From IMG/VR virus record IMGVR_UViG_3300042400_000593: a stretch of 64,000 nt of DNA; one strand, given 5' to 3'. This DNA is from a virus. Its lineage: Duplodnaviria; Heunggongvirae; Uroviricota; Caudoviricetes. Of this stretch, positions 27,540-39,500 are shown one piece after another. The number at the start of each line of letters is the position of its first letter. Position 1 is the first letter of the stretch. The notes below the pieces were generated by a model that searched no databases, was not told where the DNA came from, and was given only the letters and a program-made list of their open reading frames with translations. The translations under genes and the position numbers were made by a program.

Positions 27540-30500
27540 TGGCTAACAACATCATCATACCTAGAACCGAATCAACTGACACGAGCGATGACGCAACGGT
27601 TGCATCGTTTTTACCTAGGCATTATAGATCTGATGCAAATAAAAAATTTTTGCATTCAACAATTACTCAATTAACACAGCCAGGACAAGTTAAAAAAGTT
27701 AGCGGATATATTGGAAGACAATATTCTAAGTCTACCGTTTCGGATGATGTATTTGTTAATGCTCCTACTAGAAATAGACAAAATTATCAACTTGAACCCG
27801 GATTTGTTATTGATGATATGTTAGATAATACTGTATTTTTTAAGGATTATCAGGATTATATTAATCAACTACGAGTGTTTGGCGCAAATGTGTCGGATCA
27901 CTCAAGATTAAACAAACAAGAATTTTATAGTTGGAATCCGCATATTAATTGGGATATGTTTGTTAATTTTCAAAATTATTATTGGATGCCACACGGTCCT
28001 GACACAATTACTATTAAGAACGTAGCTTCAACTATTGCAACTAGTACATATCAGGTAACTGTTGACACGTCAACAGCTGACAGCTCTTATATGTTTTCCC
28101 CTGACGGAATAACACGGAATCCTGTAATTGCATTATATAGAGGTCAAACTTATAAGTTTATAATTGACAGTATTGAAAATACATTTAGTATTAAGACACA
28201 GAGAACTAACGGACCTTTAAATCGATATGTAAGCCCATTGCTGATTAACAATTCTATTCAGTCTGGTGAAATTACATTTACAGTTCCGGATAATGCGCCT
28301 GATCAGTTATTTTATGTTAGCGAAAGTAATATAGATATGGGAGGGGTGTTTAATATTTTAGATCTAAGCGATAACAGTTACATTAATGTTGATGCAGAAA
28401 TTATCGGAAAGAAGACTTATAAATTTAATAATATTAATTTAAGTAATGGAATGCGAGTTCAATTCGCAGGTAATGTATATCCTAAGACCTATGCAACTGG
28501 TAGATATTTTGTTGAAGGAGTAGGCACTAGCATACAATTAATAAATGAAAAAGATTTAGAAATTATAACATCGTATACTACATCAAAATCGATGCTGTTT
28601 GAAAATGATTTATTTGATACAACTCCATTTAGTGATTCTACATCGTATGTAACTAATCCGGATTATATTGTAATTAATCGAGCAAGTAACGATAGAAATT
28701 TTTGGAGTAGAAACAATAAGTGGATTCACAAAGAGGTGATTGAGAAGAGTGCGTTAGCAAACGACATACCTGCAACTTACGATCAAGCTTTTAGAGCAGT
28801 TAGACCAATTATCGAATTTGAAAAAAATTTAAAATTATTTAATTTTGGAACTCGTGCAATCGTTGATGTTGATGTAATTGATACAGTTACTCGTGATGCA
28901 TTTTCAACAATTGAAGGGTCGTTAGGATATAACATCGATGGCATTAATTTAATCGAAGGACGACGAGTAATATTCACTGCAGATACCGATGTTCTTGTAA
29001 CAAATAATGTATATCAAGTAGATTTTATTGATGTGTTGCATGAAGTTACTACACGAAAAATAAGCCAAACTGGAGTAATTGAGAAAGTTAACGCAATTAA
29101 TTCAGGATGGACTGCAGTTGTTACAGGATTAACCTCAGTTGCAGGATTAACAGTCGGAGGGAATCTAATTGCAACTGCAGGAACCGGGCAATTATATAGC
29201 GGAACACTCGATCCTGATGTTATTAAAATAACTGCAATTCTTAGTTCTTCTAGCATTGCATATACTATCTTAGGTGGAGCAAAACCGATTGAAGGTACGA
29301 TTACTAATATTTCTACTACAATGGATACTAGTCGTCAAATCCGACTAGTGAAAGTAGCCGAACCTGAACAAAACCAAGTTGTTTTAGTAAAACAAGGTAC
29401 AACATATCAAGGTAACATATTTTGGTATAACGGAGTATCGTGGAACTTAGGTCAGCAAAAAACAAAATCAAATCAAACTCCTCTATTTGATATAGTAGAT
29501 GTTAATTTAGTAAGTGTCGGTGATACAAGTTCATATCCAGGTACTACATTTAAAGGCACATCGATTTTTTCTTATAAAGTCGGAACTGGAACAACAGATT
29601 TAAATTTAGGGTTTGCATTATCGTATAAAAATATTAACAATATCGGTGATATTGTTTTTAAATTTGCATTAATTAACGATGTATTCAAATACGAATTAAA
29701 TGAAAAAACGATTACACAATCGATTGATACTGGATTCTTAGTTAAAACTAATGATGATAACAGTGTACAATATGTTAACGGATGGGAAACATCTAAAATC
29801 AAAAATTCACAAGCTGCAATTCGATTATACAAGGATTCGGCTATAGTTAATAACTTTGATATTGACATTTTTGATAGTCTTCCTGATATTAATGATATTG
29901 AAATTCGTGTATATGTGAATAATGACAGAATTATATCTGCAGATCAACAGCCTGCAGCATCTACAGAAAACAATTGGCAATTAGTTTCGACTAATTCAAA
30001 AAATGTTAAATTACCTTATTATCAAATAAAGTTTAAAAACGACGTTGAGTTAACTGATATAGTATTAATTAAAGTAATTTCAATGATACCGATTAATTTA
30101 AACGGATACTATGAAATACCTATCAATGTTCAAAATAACCCGTTAAATAGTATGTTGACAGAGTTTACATTAGGTGAAGTTCGCGACCATGTTAGCAGTA
30201 TAATTGATAACATTTACACACTTGGGTATTTAGAATTGCAACCTAATGTTGGTAATCTAAGAGATTTAGGACCTGTGTCAGCTTACGGAACACGGTTTGT
30301 ACAGCATAGTGGACCTGCAAGTTTGTCGTTATACCATATTACTTCTGATACTAGCAATGTAATTAGAGCAATAGAACAGTCAAGAGACGATTATTGTAAA
30401 TTTAAAAAATCGTTTTTAACCGTATCTGAAACATTAGGTGTTGACACATCACCGGTTCACCACGTAAATTTAATACTGCAAGAGTTGTTTATTAATTTTT

Positions 30501-33500
30501 CTAAAACATCACCGTATTATTTTAGTGATATGATACCGTATAATGCAAAAACACAAGTTGACTTTACCGTTTCGGCTCCTGAAGATAACATTTTTTCATT
30601 GTCGGCGGTTTTTGATTTACAATCACTGTCTAGTAAAGCAGTCGGCGTATATTTAAATGATGTTCAATTAATTCACGGTAAAGAATATACATTTAATAAT
30701 CAAGGATTTGTAGTAGTAACTGCATCAATAGTTGCAGGTGATGTTGTATCTGTGTACGAATATGATAGTACTGACGGATGCTTAGTGCCAGAAACTCCTA
30801 CAAAATTAGGATTATGGCCAAAATATGAACCAAAACTATTTTTAGACACCTCATTAATTACACCTAGGATGATGATACAAGGGCATGACGGTAGTCTAAC
30901 ATTAGCATATGATGATTTTCGTGATGAGTTATTGTTAGAATTAGAAAAACGAATTTACAATAATATTAAAGTACAATACGATCCTCATATTTTTGATTTA
31001 ACAGATATTATACCGTCTTATTCTCGTAAAACTGATTACAGTTTACATGAGTTCAATGATGTGTTAATGCCAAATTTTAATAAATGGGCAGTCGACGCAG
31101 GTGTTGATTTTTCAACATTGTTAAGTTATGATAAAACAAACTCTTTTACTTTTAATTATAATAATCACCGTGCTCCGGACGGTAGGATTGTTCCGGCATT
31201 TTGGAGAGGAATATACCAATGGATGCTAGATACTGATCGTCCGCATTTATGCCCATGGGAAATGCTAGGGTTTAGTGAAGAACCAGCATGGTGGATAGAA
31301 GTATACGGACCAGCACCGTATACAGGTAACAATTTAGTATTATGGGACGATATTAGTAACGGTCTTATTAAAGAACCAAATAAATCGGTTGTTAGAGTTA
31401 CAAAGTATATTAAACCATATCTATTAAACCATATTCCGGTCGACGAAGATGGGAATTTAATTAGCCCGTACTACAGCGGATTAGTATCTGGTGAAGAAGT
31501 TCGCAGTCTACAAGGTGATTTTACATTTGGCGACGGATCTCCAATTGAATCTGCATGGAGAAGAAGTTCTCATTACTCATTTAGTGTATTAAAAACTGCA
31601 ATTTTGTTATATCCGGCTAACACAATAGGTAAATTAATTGATCGATCAAGGTTAGTTAGAAATAATGCAGGCCAGATCGTTTATGCTGATACAGGAGTAA
31701 GGATCACTCCTGCATCAGTTAAGTTTCCGAGTGTTTATTTAAGTAATACTCGTATTCAAACTGCAGGATTAATAAATTATTTAATTAACAATATCAATTG
31801 CGATACATTGGATGCATATACCGAATATAAAACTGAATTAGAAACTATTACTGCAAAATTATCTTATCGAGTTAGTGCATTTACATCTAAAGAAAAGTTT
31901 AACCTATTGCTAGATTCAAAATCTCCTACATCTGTAGGTAGTGTTTTTATCCCTCAAGAAGATTATAAAGTTATATTAAATACATCATCTCCTCTTACTA
32001 CGTTAACATACAGTGGTGTAATTATAACCAAAGTAGCAAGCGGATACGAAATTAAAGGTTATAGTCAAATACAACCATTTTTTAAATATTATACTCCAAC
32101 TTCGTCTGCAGGTGCATATGTAAATATCGGAGGCATTTCTGAATCTTATATAGAATGGGGCATAGGCAATAGATATGTTGAAGGAAATATAGTTTCATAT
32201 CAAGGAGGATTTTATCGTGTAACTGCATCGCATTTATCAACGGTTAATTTTGACACTTCTATATATGTTAAACTTGATTCTTTGCCAATAGTCGGAGGAG
32301 TCGATGTAATCTTTAAAACAAACTGGAATTCAAATGCAAAAGTTATTCAATACGGTACTCGAATTACAGATATTCAAGACGTTGTTGATTTCTTATTAGG
32401 ATATGGTCAATGGTTATCTGCTCAAGGATTTAGATTTAATGAGTTTAGTTCTAGTTTAGAAACAGTATCAAACTGGGAAACTAGTGCTAAAGAATTTATG
32501 TTTTGGACTACACAAAACTGGACAGCACCGACAGTTATTTGGATAGAGTGGCAGCCTGAAGTTAGTATTAAATATGGTGACATTGTAAGATATAATGGAG
32601 AATTTTATAAAGCATTACTTACTATGAAACCTGGTTGGTTTAATGAAGATGATTATTTGTTATTAAACGGGGTTGATTTAACTGGTAATTCAGTAATATC
32701 GTTAAGTCCTGCAGCAAATAAGTTGTCATTTAACACAGTGTTAACAGTAGTTGATGATATTAGTAATCCAAGTAATATCTACGAATTGTTTGATGCTAGT
32801 GGTAATCCTATTACTACACATTTTTTAAATACGTTCAGAGTAAACAATGAAGTATCGTATTCACCTCGAGGTGACGTAGGCATATATTGTGCAAGTTTTT
32901 ATCTAATTCAACGTGAACATGTTGTAATTATCAACAATACCACAATGTTTAATGATACAATATATAATTTGGAAAGTGGGTATAAACAGGATAAACTTAA
33001 AGTTTCTGGCTATGTTAGTATTAATTGGAACGGATCGTTAGCAGTTCCTGGTTTTGTAGTTGATAGAGCAATATTAACTGAATGGACACCGTGGAAGGCA
33101 TATTCGATCGGTGACATTGTACGTCATAAATCATTCTATTATAGTGCTAATGAATCATATCAAGGCGAAGAACTATTTGACAATACAAAATGGGTAAAAT
33201 TAGATAACAAACCAACAGCTAAACTATTGCCAAATTGGAATTACAAAGCAAGCCAGTTTAATGATTTTTATAGTTTAGATAGTGAAAATTTTGATATAGC
33301 ACAACAACAAATGGCACAACATTTAGTTGGTTATCAAAAACGCCAATATCTTGAAAACATTATACAAGATGATGTAAGTGAATATAAATTTTATCAAGGT
33401 ATGATTATTGAAAAAGGAACACAAAATGTTCTTAATAAATTATTTGACGTGTTAAGTGCATCAAACAAAGAAAGTTTAGAATTTTATGAAGAATGGGCAG

Positions 33501-36500
33501 TTCGCACTGGCCAATACGGGGCATGCTCGTCTTTTGAAAATATCGAGTTTGTACTTCCTGAATCAAAATTTACAGTAAATCCTCAAGGATTTAATTTAGT
33601 TAGTGATCGTACTACCGAGTCTAATGTAGTTATTCAGTTAATCCCAACAGACATATATTTAAAACCAGCTGGATATAAACCTGCAATATGGCCAACTGCT
33701 AAATCATTAAAAACTGCAACAGTGTATGCAAGAACTGACGAAGTTGATGTTAATTTTCAAACGTTGGATGATTTTTTAAACACAGCAGATATATCGTCTA
33801 TTAGTTTTGGTCAATATATAATGTGTACATTTGCACCATTAGACTGGAATGTGTATCATTATGTTAGCAGATCATACACAATAACAGACATTTCTAATGA
33901 TGCAGAAACAGTTAAATTTTCCATTGAAAATATTAACGATATTGTATTAGGATCAATAATTAGCATTAATGATTCTACTGTTACTATAGCAGCCGAAGTT
34001 AGTAAAGTGTATGTTCAGTATACTAATATTATACCGACTATTACAACTAGTAGCGGCACAGGTGCAACATTTGTAGTTCTTCGAACAGAGTTAGCATACG
34101 AGGTATCTGTATCTAATGCAGGCGAAGGTTATGCAGTTAATGAAACTATTACTATTTTAGGAAATAAGTTAGGCGGTGCTAAGATAGCAAATAATTTAGT
34201 CATTACAATTAAAGAAGTAACTACTACTGGTGAAATTAGTGTTATCGAGTGGAGTGGTGTAGGAACTGTTGTTACAGGTACTGCAGTTATTGAAATTTCA
34301 TCAGTATCATCATTCTCGTTATCAGACACTTCGATAACTGGAATGTTTGTATCTCGTAGAATTAAACAGTCAATTGATTATAACAATTACAAGGAAGATG
34401 ATATTGTTAATGGTGTAAAATTATGGACTGATAACGACGACGATTCTAGTGATTTTTATGATAATACTAGTAATTGGAAAGTATGGCAATACGATAAAAT
34501 TTATAAGCTTAATGCATTACACAAAGCATTAACACCTAAAATAACTCAATTTGGTCGTTCGGTATCAACAACTGAGAATGGTAAAATTGTTGCTGTTTCT
34601 GCAATAACAACTGAAAATTTAGAAGCTGAAGGTTCAGTAATGATTTATAATAATACTGTATTGCAAGGATGGGTATTAGCTCAAGTTCTTACAAGTCGTT
34701 TTCCAGTATATAATAAATCAAACTTTGCTACTGAAGTTGCTATTTCTAGAGACGGAATTTGGATTGCACTCGGGTCACCGAGTGCAGATCAATATAGTAG
34801 AGGAGCTGTGTCGATATATAAAAGAGATTTAAGTAACGCATACAGTTTGTATAGTACAATAGAGAACCTCAATCCTGATTCCGATACAACTAACTTAAAC
34901 AATGAACAATTTGGTAAATCTTTAGCATTTGGTAATAATAAGTTAATTATCGGAACAGCAATCGGTAATGTGTATTGTGTAAATTATACATCTGTAGTAT
35001 ATGCTGCTCCAGTTTATATTTCAGCAGGAAGTAAAGGAACAACTGTAAAAGTGTCATCAGTTGAGAGTATAATACCTGGCATGATCGTTTCTGGTAAAGG
35101 GTTTACGAGTGGTCAAGTTGTTATGCTAGTAAATGAAGAAACCTCAACTATTGAAGTTAATAATCCGCCAACTGAAAAACCTGCAGGTATTATTAGTTTT
35201 TCATTATACGGATGGGATCAAAATTTAGATAATGTAGTGACACTTACCGGTTCTTTACAATTTGGAAAATCGATAGCAATTTCGTCTAAAAATACACTAG
35301 TTGTATCAGAGCCGTATATGTCAACTACTATCAGAACAGGTCGGGTTCATGTTTATTATGATAATGAAAATTACGCAGTATCGCATAATATTAATGCTCC
35401 GTATAACTCGGTAGTATTTGGAAAATATGTTGATATATCTAAAAACGATGATTACATTGCAGTGTCGTCGTTAGTCGATGGTGATGTTTACGAAGGAAGA
35501 GTTGAAATATACGGTAAAACTGAAAATGGTTACATACTACCTGAACCGACTGCGTTAGTATCTCCAACAGTTGCAGTATCAGGAGAGTTTGGTAGTAACT
35601 TAAAATTTGCAAATGATTATACTACATTAGTAGTAGGTTACGAGATCGAGCCGTTATTAGTTGATGCTAATTTTACTGATGTATCGTTTAGTTCATTTTT
35701 TAATAATGCATATTCGTCATCGATTGCTGTATTTGATAGATATGAGTCTAAGTGGTTATTTAGCGAGCACTTAACACCGCCTGCACCGGTTAGTAATAAT
35801 CGTACATTTGGAGCAGCAGTAGTAGCTACTCCAACTGGTGTTATTGTCGGTGCTCCTGGGTCTGATAATCAACTAGGAGTGGTATATGAATTTGTAAAAC
35901 CGATTGTATCGCAATACACTTGGAATATTAAGAATAAACATATAGCTAAACCTGATATTACTAAAATTAAACAAGCATTTTTATATAATAAACGTACAAA
36001 TAAGCTAGTAAAATATCTAGATATTGTCGATCCTATACAAGACAAGCATGTAAATGTTGCCGAACGTGAAATTAAATATAAATTTTCTTATGATCCGGCA
36101 GTTTACACAACCGGTAATACGTTAGTAACTGTCGATGCAGGAGTTGCATGGACCACTGCGCAAGTCGGATCACTATGGTGGGACTTGCGTACTGCTAAAT
36201 TTGTTGATAATTTTACCGATAATGTAATGTATAGAAATAGCATGTTAAGTACGTTAGCATACGGTGCATCAGTTGACATTTATGAATGGGTAGCAAGTAG
36301 ATATAAACCGTCCGAGTGGGACAAAAGAGCCGACACTGATGCTGGATTGTCTTTAAACATAAGTGGAAAATCGTTGTACGGCGATGATGTTTATTCGGAA
36401 TTAAACCGATATGATACTATTAGCCAAACATTTTCGTCTATCTATTATTTTTGGGTTAAAAATAAAGAAGTTGCATCTACTGGAAGAAGTATTTCAGCAG

Positions 36501-39500
36501 CAACAATTTCTAAATTAATTAGTAATCCAAAAGGCCAAGGATATGAATACTTAGCATTAACTGGGTTAGATTCATTTAGTTTAGTTAATGTAAAATCGTT
36601 ATTATCACATAATGATGTAGTGTTATCGGTTGAATATTGGACAGTTGATAATATTAATCAAAATATTCATACTCAATGGAAACTTATTAGTAATGCATTA
36701 ACTACGACCTTACCAGGTAGTGTGGAAGAAAAATGGTTTGATAGCTTGTGCGGTAAAGATATTAACAATCGAATAGTACCAGATCAGTTATTGCCTATGA
36801 AACTTCGATATGGTATAGAAAATAGACCTCGTCAAAGTATGTTTGTTAATAGATTTGAAGCATTAAAGCAATTAATTGAACAAACAAATATTATTTTAAA
36901 ATCAAATTTAATTACTGATACACGTAATCTAACAAATTTAAAGAAATACGATATTGCACCAAGTGAAGTAACTCGATTATACGATACTACTGTTGATACG
37001 TATGAGGAATTAAGATTTTCAATTACCAAATATTATTCGTTACCGATATTAACTCCAATAATCGTTAATGGTAACATTTCGTCTGTTGTCATTAATGATG
37101 CAGGGCGAGGATATTTGATTGCTCCGACCGTTATCATTTACGGTAACGGGTCTAATGCATCTATAAAAACAGTTATTAATGAAATTGGCCAAATTGTTAG
37201 TATTATTATTGAAAATAGCGGTTTTGGTTATGATGACAATACTGTCTTAAGTGTTAGAACGTTTTCGACGTTAGTTTTAAGTGATTCAACATCTAATGGA
37301 AATTGGAGTATTTACTCTTATAACACTAGTAATAATTTATGGTTTAAGATATTAACAGCATCTTATGATGTGAATAAATATTGGAATTATGTAGATTGGT
37401 ATGAAACAGGATATAATCAATTTACTATTATTCAACATTCGGTTAATACTTACGCTGATTTATACCAACTCGATGCATCGATTGGTGATAATGTAAAAAT
37501 TCGAATTACTAATTCGGGTAGATGGGTTTTATTAAAAAAATATCAAGAATCAACATCGATCGATTGGACAGAATCATACAAGGTAATCGGTAGTGAAAAC
37601 GGAACAATACAATTTAGTTCGTTATTGTATAATTTTAAAGATACTGTAATAGGGTATGATGGTGCAATTTACGATTCGATAGTATACGATAATTATGCAG
37701 ATGTAGAGTTACGAATTATTTTAAATGCTATTAAAACTGATTTATTAATAGGGATCGATTTAAAACCTAAATATCTAGATTTATTTTTTACAAGTGTCCG
37801 ATATGCATTAAGTGAGCAAACGTATATTGATTGGATATTTAAGACTAGTTTTGTTAACGTAACACACAATGTTGGTAATTTACACCAATCTGCTACTTAT
37901 AAAAATGATAATTTATCTAATTTTGAAGATTACGTATCAGAAGTAAAACCGTATCGCACACAGGTTCGAGAATACACAAGTGTCTATGATGTTCTTGAAA
38001 ATAGTAATTTTAGTGTTAGTGACTTTGATTTACCAGCTGCATACGATTCAACAGCAAAAAAGATTGATGTTGTTGATGTTAATAGTCCATTAATTAATAC
38101 GTATCCTTGGAAAAATTGGGTTGATAATGTAGGATATTCTGTAATTGATATAAAGATTATTAATGGTGGTTCAGAATACGTTACTGAACCGGTAGTAACA
38201 ATAGTGTCGGACACAGGCGAAGGTGCAACTGCAAGAGCATTTATTGTTAATAATCAAATTTCTAGAATTAAGTTATTAACTACCGGATTAAAGTACACAA
38301 CGACACCGATTGTTAAAATTGAAGGTGGAAATAGAAGTACAGGAACTACTGCACAAGCTATTGCAATTTTAGGTAATAGTTTAATAAGAACAAGTAACAT
38401 TAAATTAAAATTTGATCGAATTTATCAAGATTATGTCATTGATGATTTGCAACAAATAGATACAATTAACAGCAGTATAGTAACAGGAAATAAAGTGCAA
38501 TTTGTTCTTACCTGGTTACCTGATGTAACAATTGGAAGAACTACAGTAACTATTAACGGGTTGCCTGAATTAAGAAACAACTACACAATAGGATCAGTAA
38601 CATCTATTGTTAATGGGCATACGGTTCACACAGGAGTTGTTACATTTAAGACCGCACCGGCAAAAAGTAGTATAATTGTTGTGACCTATTATAAAAATAT
38701 TGAAGTGTTAACTGCAACTGATAGAATACATTACTATTATAATCCAACTTCGGGAAATATAGGTAAAGATTTACCGCAGTTAATGTCGGGCATTGATTAT
38801 GGCGGTGTAGTTGTAGGCGGTCTTAATTTTGATATAGTACATGGTTGGGATAGTATGCCGTATTATTCAGAACGATGGGATAATATTGATCCTGCTGACA
38901 ACGATTACACAGTAGTAGTTGGGAGTTCGTTTTCGTATTCTATTGCATTACCGTATGTTCCGGAAATCGGAACACGGTTTAACGTGTATTATAAAAAAGT
39001 AGATACTACTGATACGGTTAGAGTTGATGCATCTGATTATAGTTTTGGGGTAGTAAACACTAATGTTGATGTAGTAATGTTAACTCCAGTAACAACGGGT
39101 GAATCTAACATTATTGAGTTACCTGGATCACTTAACGTGTCAGCTGGTGATACTATTATTATTCGCAAAGAAACTAGCGACGGATCAGTTGTTAATGATT
39201 ATGATACGTTATTATCGGGTGGTAATTTTGCAATGGGATCAGCAGCAGGGATAACACCGGAAGATATAGTCGTCGACGGTGATGAATTTTATTCAACTGT
39301 TAACGGATACGGACCTGAAGAAGTTGTACCTGGTCAAGTAGTTGATACTCTTGCTATCAAGGTTTACACTAAATTAGAAACCGGTGCATTTATGCAGTTT
39401 AAAGACATGTTAAATACGGTAAAATATACTAGATTAGAAAGAGATAAAAAAACTAAATTAGCTAAAGATTTACTACAAGGAGATACTACTATTACGTTAG

